DNA of 64,000 bases from Epithemia pelagica (Eukaryota; Protista; Bacillariophyta), in NCBI GenBank assembly GCA_946965045.2, contig OX337228.1:682001-746000 (forward strand). Direction: 5' to 3'. Shown here one piece after another: positions 19,892 through 35,239 of the stretch. How positions within the stretch are numbered: the stretch's first letter is position 1; each line of letters begins with the position of its first letter. The notes below the pieces were generated by a model. It was given only the letters and a program-made list of their open reading frames with translations. It was not told the DNA's origin and searched no databases. Made by a program: the position numbers and the translations under genes.

Positions 19892-21880
19892 GTGCCTTCG
19901 TAGGTGAAGCGGACAGACTGCGCATTCTACCGGCCAAAAGACCATGGTGGTCTTTTAGGATTACTCACTCAATATAGCACCTCCATAGAACTGTGATGAT
20001 AGACTTCATCCTCAGACAATGCTTTAGGTCCCCACGGGGCAGATTTTCCATATTGTCCATTCTGATGGAGTTCTTAGTCATCATTGTAGAATCATTTTTT
20101 CTCTTTTGGCGATTTGGCCGCTAGATTGCCGGTTGGCCGGTGACTTCACCATGGTATTTCTCCACCAATACTGGACCAAATGCCGTGAAATTGAAACATG
20201 TTATCGATCTTAGTGTAAATGAGAACGCGTTTGACCCCTATACGCTATCTCTAAGCATAGGATTCAAACGAGCTTTCATCCCATTGCGTTGATTTTTCGA
20301 CGCGGCACGTACCGCATGAGATTTGCATTGTCATTCGTCGTCCTGCAGCTCCACGGATCCGTCCGCTCCGGACGTCCTACTTAATAGGCTACTAATTTAG
20401 GTTCTACTTTAGAGATCTGGCGTGTCAAATCGACCATCGGCGGTATGGTCGTGAAGCAATGGCCAACCATCGATGAACGCTTCTTTTCGACGCACCACAC
20501 ACCACACGAGTTTTTGACCGAAGGATGACGAGATGCGAATCCACGGATCCGTCCGCTCCGGACGTCCTACTTAATAGGCTACTAATTTAGGCTCTACTTT
20601 AGAGATCTGGCGTATCAGATCGAAGATCGGAGCCTTGGATGTGATGGTCGAGGCGTTCATTGATGGACAATTGTTCGTCGTGGCACGGAGCACAATGATT
20701 TTGGACCAAAGGCCGATGCTGTGCCAAAATTTGAGAATTGCCGCTCCGGACGTCGTATTTAATAGACCTTTACTTTAGATACTACGTTAGGGTATCCAAG
20801 TCTCAGATTCAGTGTAGGGGCCCTGGTTCGCCACACCACACAGCACACGAGATTTCGACCGAACGACAAGACGCCCTGCGGCTCCACAGATCCGGCTGCT
20901 CTGGGTGTCCTAGTTTGTTGGCTTTAAGGTAAGCGTCTACGTGAGAGATCCGAAGTCTCAGATCTCTTACGTAGCAGCCATGGTTGTGATGAACGAGGTG
21001 ATCATCGTTCGGCGCTTTTTCGCCACACCACACACCACACGAGATTTCGACCGAACGATGACGCCATGCCAATTTTCGGCCACGGCCTCTCTGGAGTTCC
21101 TACTCACTAGCTAGAGCATTGATTTAAACATCGTTTTAAAATGCCCAAGTCCCAGACTCTACGTACGGGCCATTGCTGTACTGATCGAAGCGATCATCGT
21201 CGAACTCTTTTTTTCGTGCCATGGACAACACGATTTTTCGACCGGAAGAGGACGTTGCTCAGCTTTCGTTTTGAAGACTGCTGATCTCTTCTACGTTATT
21301 ATTATCTATAGCTTTATTCTTGCGCCATGGTCATTCCAAAAGATGCGATCAAAGGCGGTGTTTTGATGCATTTTTTGTTGTTGCGCTTAAAAAAGAATCT
21401 GGCACGCGCTTTCAGGCTTAAATTGTATGTCCCACTCTCCCCCAAAATATTTAAACGGCTATTGTACAAAGTCCCCCAAAAATAAAAATGAGTTTTTTGC
21501 TTTTTGGCCTGAAGATTGAACATTGGAGACAGAGAGAGACGAGAAACAATGGGCCATCGAAGTCGAGAGCTCATCAGACATAAAACAATGGAAACTTTGT
21601 TGAGACCCTACAGTAGATTACTGAAGTTTCAGAGCTGGCGTAGGTGCCATGGTTGTCGAGCGCGAAGCGATCGTCGATGGACAATTTCTCGTCGTGGCAC
21701 AGACCACATGAGATCTCGACCAATAGACGACGCTACGCGGCTCGTTCAATCTGAGCTCTCTGCACGTCCTACGTAATGGAAACTTAGTTGAGAGCCTACA
21801 GTAGATTACGGAAGTGTCAGAGCTGGCGTAGGTGCCATGGTTGTCGAGCGCGAAGCGATTGTCGATGGGCGATTTTCGCG
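19892..21880 (-). repeat. Left TIR plus progressively diverged ~190-bp subterminal units
   Basis: 19892-~20630 is the reverse complement of the element's right end; degenerate units continue to ~21250, with related units at 21599/21789. Confidence 0.85.
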
Positions 21881-22356
21881 TAGCAAGCGCGCTCTAACGA
21901 AATCCATACTGATCGTAAAGCAGAAACCGTTTTAACTAATGAAGCAAGTGTTTTGCATTGTTTCTAACGTCAGCACTATATGTCGTTACTCAGCTATAGA
22001 CTACTCGAGCCATGGAGGTGGCAAGCCTATTTTTCGTCGTCAGAACTATCGCACAGGTACGCGAACACAACCCTGCGCTTCTTGTTCTCGGGATGAGTCG
22101 GTTGAGTCGCGGCTTTTTTCTTCGTGGTGGCTCGCGGTGGGATCGGCACGGAAAAAGACGAAGATACATTGTAGGGAGGTTTCTTATCGACCTTGGAAGG
22201 ATCTCGTTGGCGGCAGCGTCCGGGGGATTGTCGTCGCATGAATTGTAGGAAGGGACTCGTGGCCTGGTTGTGATGCCATTTGTCGTGTTGCTTGGGAGGG
22301 GCCGCGATCAAGTGACGATGCGGTGCAGCAGAAGCTGGATCTTGGTGGGCTTTCCC

Positions 22357-22605
22357 TTCTTCTTCTTCTTCTTCTTCTTCTTCTTCTTCTTCTTCTTCTT
22401 CTTCTTCTTCTTCTTCTTCTTCTTCTTCTTCTTCTTCTTCTTCTTCTTCTTCTTCTTCTTCTTCTTCTTCTTCTTCTTCTTCTTCTTCTTCTTCTTCTTC
22501 TTCTTCTTCTTCTTCTTCTTCTTCTTCTTCTTCTTCTTCTTCTTCTTCTTCTTCTTCTTCTTCTTCTTCTTCTTCTTCTTCTTCTTCTTCTTCTTCTTCT
22601 TCTTC
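22357..22605 (+). repeat. Perfect (TTC)83 / (GAA)83 microsatellite
   Basis: Direct reading. Confidence 0.98.
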
Positions 22606-22946
22606 TCGGAATTTTGTGGGAAGGTGGACACCAAGTCACCATGACTCCCAAGCGTCAACTCTTCGAAGACTATTCTATATAGATCAATACTGTATAATTC
22701 ACTCCTTCTCTTCATAAATTTTCGAGCGCTAGTGCTTACTTGAGGGCGTGGCGTGTCGAAAAAGATTTTGGCGTATAGCCAGGTATAGCATGGTCACACG
22801 TCCCCCAAATTTCCCCCAATCAATAGATGAATTTTCTTGTGAATGTGGACGGACAGAGAGAGGAGAGAGACAAGAAACTATAGGCCAGTGAAGTTGACAG
22901 CTCATTCAACACAACAATACTCTAAAGAATAACATGCAGGCATAAA

Positions 22947-23261
22947 CTAATATTTTGTATGGTCAAACTTGAGTCCGCCGAGCACTTTTGTAGGTGATTT
23001 GAAACGCAGATCTTGACTGTGCTTGTAGTATTTTTGGAGACGATGTTCCGAGTTGTATTTGGGCGGTAAATTGTATTCATTACTGGCTGGGTATGGGTGG
23101 GTGGTCCCATCTCGTCCTTGGTACACGTAGAAGTGGGAACGTGGATTGCCAAGACTGCCACTCTTGAAGCCTCCAGCGTGAACGGTATCACCTCGTGTGA
23201 TGAGGAGTGTTCCGTACGGAATGTCAATCACCTCACCCAACTTATCTTGTTCCTGGCCGCG
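22947..23261 (-). pseudogene. C-terminal half of a 2OG-Fe(II) dioxygenase-like (DSBH) domain
   Basis: VIDIPYGTLLITRGDTVHAGG...GNPRSHFYV matches the distal-His and Arg pattern of PhyH-like folds; the N-terminal HxD half is absent. Confidence 0.5.
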
Positions 23262-25462
23262 ACTTCAGTTACCTTACCCATACCATTAAACTCATCGTTC
23301 GCCACGAGACCTTTACGGTCCATGTTGCGCTGACGGATTTGCGGAGTGTACCTTTGTACAGGCCGCATTCTCTTCGCGATCTTGTTGCGGTTGTTTTCGT
23401 GGTTCGCCGTTCCAAGACCCCACGGTTTGCGCAACACTTCAAGAAGCTCCGTCGAAACCGCCAAAAAACGTCCTCGAGGATCACCAACGTCATCAATCAA
23501 CAAATGACCATGGTTCCTATTCAATGTGCTCGCTTTTTCTTCGGGACTCGCTTCCACCATGGCCGCGATTTGGGCTGGAGCTGCCGATCCTCCCGGACTG
23601 GACACATGACCGAATGTCAGGTTGTCTTGAACGGGAACCTGCGCGTATCCTCCAATAGGCAGCTGCCCATCGGTGGGCAAGGAATATGGCTGACTTTGCC
23701 CTTGGTACTGTCCCGATGCTTGGTACGGCGAGTGATGCTGCGTTTGGTGGTGGTGCGTTTGATGTTGGTACGGTTGGTGGTAGGGCGGAGGAGGTTGGTA
23801 CGGCTGGTAGTGCTGCGTTTGATGCTGGTACGGCTGGTGGTGCTGCGTTTGATGCTGGTACGGCTGGTGGTGCTGCGTTTGATGCTGGTACGGCTGGTGG
23901 TAGGGCAGAGGAGGTTGTTGTGGAGGATGGGGAAATTGCGGTGGCGGAGGATGAGGACTGTACTGTGGATGTTGGTGCGGTGGATGGCCATATGGAGAAG
24001 GTTGGGTCGGATGTCCGGGATGGCCGCGAGCAGGCAGAAGATCACGGACTTGAGGAGGGGAACCAAGAGGAACAGAGGTACCCACACCGACAACATCCTG
24101 AAAAGCACCACCAGGAGAATGGGGAGGATCAGGAACATGCACATGAGGAGCACGAGGCTGAGGATCAGTGCCAATAGGAGCATCATCATCTTGCAAAGGA
24201 GCACGTTTCTTTGTCTTCTTCTGCTTTTTTGTCATTCTCCGTGAATCTTCCTCCCTCGACCGACCTCGTTTTTTCCCCCCGCCATCTTCAGGTTCGTCAG
24301 GGACTTGGGTTGAAGCTCGGATGACTGGCTCCTCGTCGTTACTGGAAGATTCCTTGGAGAGGTTGTAAAATAAATACAACTCGTCGCCTTCCTTGATGTC
24401 CTTGGTTGCACGAACGATGAGATTTCTCTCGACTCGAACGTTGTATTTGCCATATGCTTCATGGGGAGGATCATCGGTCCCGTACTGTTTGTAGTAGTAG
24501 TCGTTGATCATGCCCATCCCCATGTAGAAGAAGTCTTCGGTGTCAGCTTGAACTGTGCGTGCTTCATCCTTGCTCACTCCGAACTGCAACGCATACTCGG
24601 TCCTTGGAACACTCCGCGAGGTGATGTCTAATCCTCCGTAGACACCAATCACCTCGTCTTCATCGTAGTTCTGTGCTGCGAACAGGCCAAAACCAGCGTC
24701 GTCAAGCTCCGATCTCTTCACAGTAAACAAATGCGTCTTTCCAAGCGAGATCTTGAAGATGGGATCGTGGTCGAACGAGTAGCTTAGCAACGAGGCAGGC
24801 TTGTAGTTCTTCCCACGATGCTTCTTCATCAGAATCCCAATTCCAGCTGACTTTGGCACCACTTCTGCATTCTTTTCCTTCTTCGTCCCTGAACCTGGCC
24901 TCCGAATTGGTGCATCTTTCACCGAAAAGGATATACTTATCTTTTTCGAGATGTACTCTCCAAAGGCAAGGACAAGCACAGCACCATTGTCGATCGAGGA
25001 CGCAAGATCCTTGAGTCCCTGTTTGAAATTTGTCCAGGGATCTCGCCCAGGAGCCCTCCGCTTCGCCACTGCAGCTATCGCGGCCTTGTAGTCTTTCTTG
25101 CGAACGTCGGTTAGGCGCTGGTCTGTCGCCGACTTTGACCCAGAATAGTCTTTGTCGTCGCCTTGATGACGACGAAGGCTGTCCGCAACCCTGTTTTCTT
25201 CCACGATTGCCAGATCCTCTTGCGAAAGTCTCCCATGACCCGCTCTTGCTGTCACTGTTGTCGTCGCTTCAGGAGGCGCTTCGTCTGCTGTCGCTGTCGT
25301 CGTCGCTTCAGGAGGCGCTTTGTCTGCTGCTGCCACTGCTGCTGCACCGGGTGCCTCTGTGATAGCATCTGCAGCATCCACAAGAACATGAAACCACGAA
25401 CCCATCCTTTCTTGATCTTGAGTTTGTGCTGCTTTGAATGATTTCTTCGTTGGTTCTGCCAT
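23228..25462 (-). CDS. SET-domain protein with a His/Gln/Pro-rich repeat tail
   Basis: SELDDAGFGLFA, GVYGG, GMINDY and RATKDIKEGDELYLFYN match SET motifs I-IV; (HHQPYQHQTQ)n 30-bp repeats at ~23745-23905; ATG at 25462. Confidence 0.85.
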   Translation of the reverse strand: MAEPTKKSFKAAQTQDQERMGSWFHVLVDAADAITEAPGAAAVAAADKAPPEATTTATADEAPPEATTTVTARAGHGRLSQEDLAIVEENRVADSLRRHQGDDKDYSGSKSATDQRLTDVRKKDYKAAIAAVAKRRAPGRDPWTNFKQGLKDLASSIDNGAVLVLAFGEYISKKISISFSVKDAPIRRPGSGTKKEKNAEVVPKSAGIGILMKKHRGKNYKPASLLSYSFDHDPIFKISLGKTHLFTVKRSELDDAGFGLFAAQNYDEDEVIGVYGGLDITSRSVPRTEYALQFGVSKDEARTVQADTEDFFYMGMGMINDYYYKQYGTDDPPHEAYGKYNVRVERNLIVRATKDIKEGDELYLFYNLSKESSSNDEEPVIRASTQVPDEPEDGGGKKRGRSREEDSRRMTKKQKKTKKRAPLQDDDAPIGTDPQPRAPHVHVPDPPHSPGGAFQDVVGVGTSVPLGSPPQVRDLLPARGHPGHPTQPSPYGHPPHQHPQYSPHPPPPQFPHPPQQPPLPYHQPYQHQTQHHQPYQHQTQHHQPYQHQTQHYQPYQPPPPYHQPYQHQTHHHQTQHHSPYQASGQYQGQSQPYSLPTDGQLPIGGYAQVPVQDNLTFGHVSSPGGSAAPAQIAAMVEASPEEKASTLNRNHGHLLIDDVGDPRGRFLAVSTELLEVLRKPWGLGTANHENNRNKIAKRMRPVQRYTPQIRQRNMDRKGLVANDEFNGMGKVTEVAARNKISWVR

Positions 25463-25820
25463 GGTCGAATAAGTGGAACGATGAAACGCGAAGAAACGCA
25501 CCACGTCTTCGTACTTCGCAGGTCAATTCAACAAAAACCGAAGAACGGGGTTTCGAAAACGGCCGTTAACTTATTAAGCCTTGCACGCTCCTGCGCGCAT
25601 TTTATGGTCGACGGGCGAGCATGCGCAGATTTTAGGCACTTTTTTTGGTATTAGTCCTGAAACAATGCGACTGCTTCACATGTATTTTCCCTCCAACATC
25701 GATCCACAGTTCATTCCACAACCATGTTTCCAAATCGGAAATTTGTTTTCTTCACCGTGTGCTTGCAGTATCGTTCAACTACGCTCTGAAGCATTGAGAA
25801 GAGTAACGAGAACGACGACA

Positions 25821-28512
<2,692 letters not shown>

Positions 28513-28782
28513 TTTGTCCCGAACACGAGAACTACGACTCTATATTGTTACATGGCTTTACATATTATAGTAAGTAAGAACTTAAGAATGCATTATTGAT
28601 GAGAGTATAAAAACCAGATTTTAGTATTAACGCTTATGTCATGGAACCGGCCTACGAGATTCTAGTACTTTCCTGCTTGGGCCACTTCTCCGTCGCTTTG
28701 TGATAAAGCGACATGAACGTAGTCATCCCAACAACACTCATCCGCACAGTAATGACCATGGGCCCCATTGCCATCTTGGTGT

Positions 28783-29187
28783 CTAAGGAATGGGCAGTTT
28801 CGATCGTGAGCTCTCCTTTGACAAGGGAGCTGCTTTTCGAACGGAACTTCCTGCACGCAATTTTTTTTGGATTGATCCAACTGGGATAACAACATCAGGC
28901 ATTGAGTCATCCTTCTTGTCTCGACCAAACGCGCTAATTGACAGCATCCCACCATTGTTACCGTACTTTGAGCGCTGCATAAGAACGACACCTCGATCCA
29001 CCACAAGCGTCCCCTTTTCGCCTTTCCCCCCCAGAGCGGCGTCTTGGACGTAGACATTCACACCCGCTTCGCCATAGATCGTTACACGGCTACCTTGGAG
29101 AAGAATCTCCTGCCCTTCATCTTGCATCACGGTGAACCCATTTGGAAGGAGAATTCGATTGTGCGATTCGTGCTCGTATTCCGACAT
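28783..29187 (-). CDS. Beta-rich cargo ORF of unknown function (probably frameshifted near its end)
   Basis: MSEYEHESHNRILLPNGFTVMQ... with alternating hydrophobic pattern; no family recognised. Confidence 0.35.
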   Translation of the reverse strand: MSEYEHESHNRILLPNGFTVMQDEGQEILLQGSRVTIYGEAGVNVYVQDAALGGKGEKGTLVVDRGVVLMQRSKYGNNGGMLSISAFGRDKKDDSMPDVVIPVGSIQKKLRAGSSVRKAAPLSKESSRSKLPIP

Positions 29188-29627
29188 CGTCTTATTACGT
29201 CTATTGTAAATGTAACAAAAGGAGTGGTGAGACGAGACGAGACAAACGAGCAGTCTCACCGTGCAAAACAAGCTTTAGATAGACACTTACTTCTTGTCGC
29301 CTACTCCTAATTGGATTGTCAAATGAAAGTCTTTACTTAGATGAGATTGCCACTCGGATGGCCGATCAATTCTCTCCTCTCTGCACGAAAGGACGAACGC
29401 GTCCGCGATCCTTCAGGTCAAACGTACAAAACTTCATTTGAGGTTTGGGGGAAACGGTGGGGACTGTCTACAATTGCCACTCGGGTTTAATTATTCCACC
29501 GTGACAGATTACTTAGGGAAAATTTCATCCGTTGCGCCGCGTGCCTTCCTCATTTTACAGCGCGACAGATTTTTTCCTGAGAGGCCTGATCTCATCAACC
29601 AAACAAAACGAGTGACCGTGATAAAGG

Positions 29628-30080
29628 GTGTCAACAAAAAACAAAAAGGATAGTATAGCAACGACAACACTATTGACGAGACAACAGCGAAAAGATATGT
29701 CGCTCTACATCGACAAGCGCCGGGTTAGTGCGCGGCTTCAAAGTCGCACTGACAAGAGTGTTGCGATGGCAACGGGTACGTCAAAACCCGCTCTTCGCCC
29801 CATCCATAAAGGTGCCCAGAAGAACAACAAGAACAACAAGAACAAGGAGAAGACGGTTACCAAGAAAGAGAAGGAAGAGCTCTTGGCCGGGTGTGATCCA
29901 ATCAAAGCTGGTGGCTCATCGATCCTCAAGATTCGCGATGACTTAGTTGAGCACGGATCGAACGGTGGAAGCAACACTCCTTTGCGCCACACCAAGATCA
30001 AGTTTGCTGATGAACTCAGCCCAGTTCATGAGGAGCTCAAGAAGCCTTTATCACGTGTCTCACTCATGAGCAACGCTTAA
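29628..30080 (+). pseudogene. Truncated copy of ORF 302-886
   Basis: 14-bp deletion at ~30077 creates a stop; one fewer AACAAGAAC unit. Confidence 0.5.
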
Positions 30081-30324
30081 CACTGCATCCTCTTGTGGAA
30101 CCGCTGTCGATAGCGAGCTTTCCTTTGACTTTGCCGAGACCCAACAAGATGAGCATGACGACGTCTACAACCATTATGTGGCCTCCTAATGATCCTGTAG
30201 TAAGTCTTTTGTAGCGCTGACCTTAAATTAGTCCAGACAGTTGTTTCATTAGTCACGCAACAGGGTTTCTGCCTTAGGAGCAGCGTAGTTGTCGCATACC
30301 TAGAAAACCTTTTGTCAAATCAAT

Positions 30325-31807
30325 CATGACCTCATTCATCACAACCATGGATCCTACGTAAGATCTGAGACTGCTGATCTCTCAAGTAGAGCCTAAACTA
30401 AAAGATATGTTAATATCACGTACAGAGCCGCCATGGCCGAATATCGGCATGGCGTCATCGTTCGGTCGAAATCTCGTGTGCTGTTTGGTGCGTCGAAGAA
30501 GCCTCGAACGAGGATCGCATCTTTCATCACAACCATGGCGCCTACGTGAGATCTGAGACTTTCCAAACCTTATGTACATCTTAAACTAAATCGTATGTAA
30601 GTATCACGTACAGAGCCGAAATGGCCGAATATCGGCATGGCGTCATCGCTCGGTCGAAATCTCGTGTGCTATTTGGTGTGGCGAAAAAGTGTCCATCAAT
30701 GATCACCTCGTTCATCACAACCAAGGCTCCGATCTTCGATCTGATACGTCGGATCCCTAAACTAGAACCTAACGTAATAGAGTAGAGAGTAGGACGTCCG
30801 GAGCGGCCATATTTATGGAGCCGCATCTCGTCATCCTTCGGTCAAAAACTCGTGTGGTGTGTGGTGCGTTGAAAAGAAGCGTCCATCGATGGTTGGCCAT
30901 TACTTCACGACCATACCGCCGATGGTCGATCTGATACGCCAGATCTCTAAACTAGAACCTAAATTAATAGACTATTAAGTAGGACGTCCGGAGCGGACGG
31001 ATCCATGGATTCGCATCTCGTCATCCTTCGGTCAAAAACTCGTGTGGTGTGTGGTGCGTCGAAAAGAAGCGTCCATCGATGGTTGGCCCCATGGCCATAC
31101 CACTGATGGTCGATCTGATACGCCAGATCTCTCACGTCCGGAGCGGACGGATCCGTGGATTCGCATCCCGTCATTCTTCGGTCGAAAATTTGTGTGGCGT
31201 GTGGTGCGTCGAAAAGAAGGGTCCATCGATGGTTGGCCATTGCTTCACGACCATACCGCCGATGGTCGATTTGACACGCCAGATCTCTAAAGTAGAACCT
31301 AAATTAGTAGCCTATAAAGTAGGACGTCCAGAGCGGAAGGATCCGTGGAGCTGCAGGACGACGAATAACAATGCAAATCTCATGCGGTACGTGCCGCGTC
31401 GAAAAATCGACGCAATGGGATGAAAGCTCGTTTGAATCCTATGCTTAGAGATGGCGTATAGGGGTCAAAAGTCTTCTCATTTACACTAAGGTCGATAACA
31501 TGTTTCAATTGCACGGCATTTGGTCCAGTATTGGTGGAGAAATACCATGGTGAAGTCACCGGCCAACCGGCAATCTAGCGGCCAAATCGCCAAAAGAGAA
31601 AAAATGACCCTACAATGATGACTAAGAACTCCATCAGAATGGACGATATGGAAAATCTGCCCCGTGGGGACCTAAAGCATTGTCTGAAGATGAAGTCTAT
31701 CATCACAGTTCTATGGAGGTGCTATGTTGAGTGAGTAATCCTAAAAGACCACCATGGTCTTTTGGCCGGTAGAATGCGCAGTCTGTCCGCTTCACCTACG
31801 AAGGCAC
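30325..31807 (+). repeat. Right subterminal ~188-bp array plus right TIR
   Basis: Anchors at 30454, 30642, 30830, 31020 and 31170 (last unit 150 bp). Confidence 0.9.
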
Positions 31808-32200
31808 TAAGTAACAGTACATAGCAAGCATATGTGCTGAAACCCGATGGTCCTTCGTACCTATTGACTCGTGCCAGGAGAAGTCGAAGTCATGTCGATG
31901 TCGACGAAGAGAAGCGTCGAAGAGAAAAGTGCCTAGATCGGAAACCGCGTAGGAGTAAAATTTCCCGCAAGAGATAGCGAGTATACCGAGCCAATGCAAG
32001 CAAGGCGAGTCGTCCCGGAGAGTGGGGTAAACCTGATAATATCAGCCCCACTTCATCATAGAAAGGCAGACCGACTATGTTAGCTATTGCTAGGTTAGTA
32101 ATACGATCAACAGAATAATAGGTAACTTAAAATATAGTGTAATCGGTCCCCACCACCACCCAGTTTTTGCAACCGCGACACAAGAACACTTTACAGCTAT

Positions 32201-33264
32201 CTAAAGGGCCACCATTTTGTGGCGCATTCCACCCTCGAATTTTGCATCCGGTTCGTCTAGGAATACCATCAGTGCACGAAATCCATTGATAGTGTCAAAC
32301 AAAAACTCGTAGTCAAACTTTGACTGTACTGCAAAAGGCAAAGAGAGGACAAACTTGGATCTCACATAATCAGTCTGTTTTTCTTTCAATTGATTGAATG
32401 CATCTTCTAGAGCCAATTTCTTACGAATGTTTTCATCCTTCTCCATCCACTCCTGGGAGAACTGCTTCAACAGTTCTCCCACATCTGTGCTATTGGTAGG
32501 CCAAATGATCTTCACAATCAGTTCCTTCTGTGACTCACCAACCTCAATGTCGCAATTTGTTGTATCTCTGTGCGCAACCCCAGTGGGCAGGTTGATCACT
32601 ACAACCACGTGCTTTTGTTTGTTCTGATCCACCCACTGGGTCAGCACATGAGGGGGCGTCCATTCTTTCATCATATCCTTCTTTTCTGACTTCTTTCTCT
32701 TGTTTTCCAATGCTCCAAGGTCAGCACCACCAACTGGAACGGCGACTCCAGACCTTTTTTTCTCTTTTCCTTGTAACAAATTCATAGCTATACTCTTAAT
32801 TTTATCTGTAGAGAAAGAGAGAAAGAGCAATAGATGAGAGAACATTAGGTAGGTACCAAGAAGTCGCCAATTTTGATCACGTACCATGACTTACCTGGTG
32901 CACCTGGTGCCTTCTTCTTCCCAAAAAAACCAGAACCAGGGGGAAGGTCGTCGTCTGCATCATCCTCAACATCTTCCAATGGATTGAAACTCTCTTCCTT
33001 GCTGGTCACCTTACTGTCCTGTTCCTTTGGGCCATCTCTCAAATGGTATCCATATTTTTTTTTGAGTTTATTCAATGCAGTACGAAATGATTCAAGCTTG
33101 TACTTCATGAACTGTGGATGATCAGACCACACTTGCTTTGGTGCAGCGCTTGCTGCAAAGGCACGATTTTTTACCAAGTCTTCCAGGTACTCAGCGTCTG
33201 CTGTCCTGGAATCCCAAGAGAGTAAGGGACCTTCACCAAGGGAGTTCCTACCGGAGCGTGTCAT
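32201..33264 (-). CDS. Accessory protein (324 aa; exons 33264-32895 and 32805-32201): N-terminal helical (SANT/Myb-like?) region and C-terminal HSP20/CS-like beta-sandwich
   Basis: GTAAG...TACAG intron keeps frame (G+AT=D); W-x-D...VVVVINLPTGV...DIEV...ELIVKIIWP...FVLSLPFAV pattern. Confidence 0.65.
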
Positions 33265-33992
33265 AACAGTTTTGGAATGAACGTTGGGGAGTTTAGTACC
33301 TGGGTGGTTTTTTTGGCGAAACCAAACTATGACCAAGAAAGCATACTGGGTAATTGGTATTCTGGTCTGACCAGGATCAGACCGGGTCTGATCCTGATTC
33401 TTATAAATGAAGATTTCTCCATGACATTGGCACTTATGCCAATACTTAACCGACCTCCTTGTTCCTTATTTAATGAGTTAACTGTGGGTCGGTTAAATAT
33501 AAGGATTAATTACATAGGTTGTCTTTGGGTCTGGTGGTAAAAAAACGACCCAGGTCGTTTTTTTCGACCCAGGCAGCTTTTTCATTGGCAGACCAGACGA
33601 CCTTGTTGATGAGCAATGTTTAGGCTTAAGTTATATCTAGTTAACTCTTTTTTCAGTGAATAAGAGGGTCGCTTCTATACTGTTTCTAGAGAGACTTGCG
33701 AAAAGTTATTCATGTTTCAATATTGGTCCTCATCACTGAAACTGATACAGTGGTCTGATCCAAGATCTGACCGGATCAGACCCAAGTGACCCAGAAATAG
33801 TGACTGTGACCATTTCTGTACTTAGATTACTCCATGGCGTTCACGTAAAGACAGTCATACATGAAATTCGAACACTACTATAACGAAAATTCTTGATGAA
33901 CGCAAAGGAATAGTGTTTTGGCATTGGAACTTAGCTTCACTGCACGGCATGGGCACCAACATGAATATCGCATAAACTCACAATTCCTGACG

Positions 33993-34932
33993 ATGGAGGT
34001 GAATGCAGGAACATTCATTCAAAGTGCTCTTCCTATGATGGGGAAGAATGGGAATCCAACAACAAATGAGTTTCATAGAGCTTTTTGAGGCTATTTCAGT
34101 CTAACCCCTTCTCTTTGTGTGCATGTGTGGGACGAAATAGAGAACCTTCTGCCAAGAGGAGGGAAGCCATTCCACCTGTTGTGGGGACTTCTTTACCTTA
34201 AAGTTTACGCCTCAGAAGATGTCCTGGTGGCAATTGCAAATACAACAAGAAAGACTTTTAGAAAGTGGAGTAAGATAGTGACAAAGCTGATGGCTCATCT
34301 TAACTATGTAAGTACTGGTAAGTGTTCATGAGGACGGCGTGTACCAGTTTGTCAGCATTGTATTCTCACCATCTTTGTCCTGTTTTCTTTAGATAAAATG
34401 GGAAAATAGATATGATGCAAGAAAAGAAGGACAATGTTGCTTCATTACTGTTGATGGAACAGACTTTAGAATTTTTGAGCCTGCTCCATTTGACCCTAAG
34501 TGGTTTTCCCACAAATTCAAGGGACCTGGGCTGCGTTATGAAATTGGAGTATGCATCAACACTGGGTGGATTGTGTGGTGGAATGGCCCATACCCTTGTG
34601 GGACATGGGCAGACCTCAATATCAGCAGAGATTGGCTCATAGACAAAGTGGATGAAGGGGAAATGATGGTTGCAGATGGAGGCTACAATGATGGTGGAGA
34701 ATACTTCATTACACCGTCTGGACACAACAACTTTATGGACAAAATGATGGCTGATGCAAGAGCACGGCATGAAGTAGTCAACAGCTACTTCAAAAGGTAC
34801 AACATTCTAAAAGACAAATACAGAGGTGACCTTGGATGGCACAATGTGGTTTTTGGGGCGGTGGTAAATTTGGTCCAGCTTCGTATCGAAAACAACGACC
34901 TCGATGTATTCCAAGTCGAAGTAGAAGATTAG
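33993..34932 (+). pseudogene. DDE_Tnp_4-type (IS5/PIF/Harbinger/ISL2EU-like) transposase; intron 34308-34392; premature TGA at 34086-34088
   Basis: Motifs ITVDGTDF, WFSHKFKGPGLRY, VADGGY, RARHEVVN; GTAAGT...TTTAG intron. Confidence 0.88.
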
Positions 34933-35239
34933 TCTAGCTAGTAGTGCTAAGTGTAGTGGTCGAAAGACCGGGTGGAGGTGGGTTTAGCTACACTAATTAC
35001 ATTAGACTGTACTCCTTTGTTATGACTACCTATCTCTTCAATACGTATGGAAACCATATAGATAGATCTACGTTCTGGTATCCGATAATATCAGGTTTAC
35101 CCCACACTCCCGGAGATATGAAACATACAGACCAGAAGATTGTTATGTGCTACCCAAAATAATGATGTGTCGTGTCAAACGGTTCCAGAACTCAGAGTCA
35201 CAATTTCACACTCGATCCAAAACAAAAGAAACCACCACC

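Larger units (their letters stand above)
32137..34993. mobile_element. Two-gene PIF/Harbinger-superfamily-like DNA transposon
   Basis: Imperfect ~45-bp TIRs TA|GTGTA..CCCACC(A/T)CCACCC...; divergent transposase and accessory gene; GACC(C)AG-type repeats in the shared promoter. Confidence 0.75.

Noticed and set aside
22184-22715. Poly-R/K/F/L ORFs, and poly-V/L/C ORFs at 26255-27332
   Set aside because: Trinucleotide-repeat artefacts.
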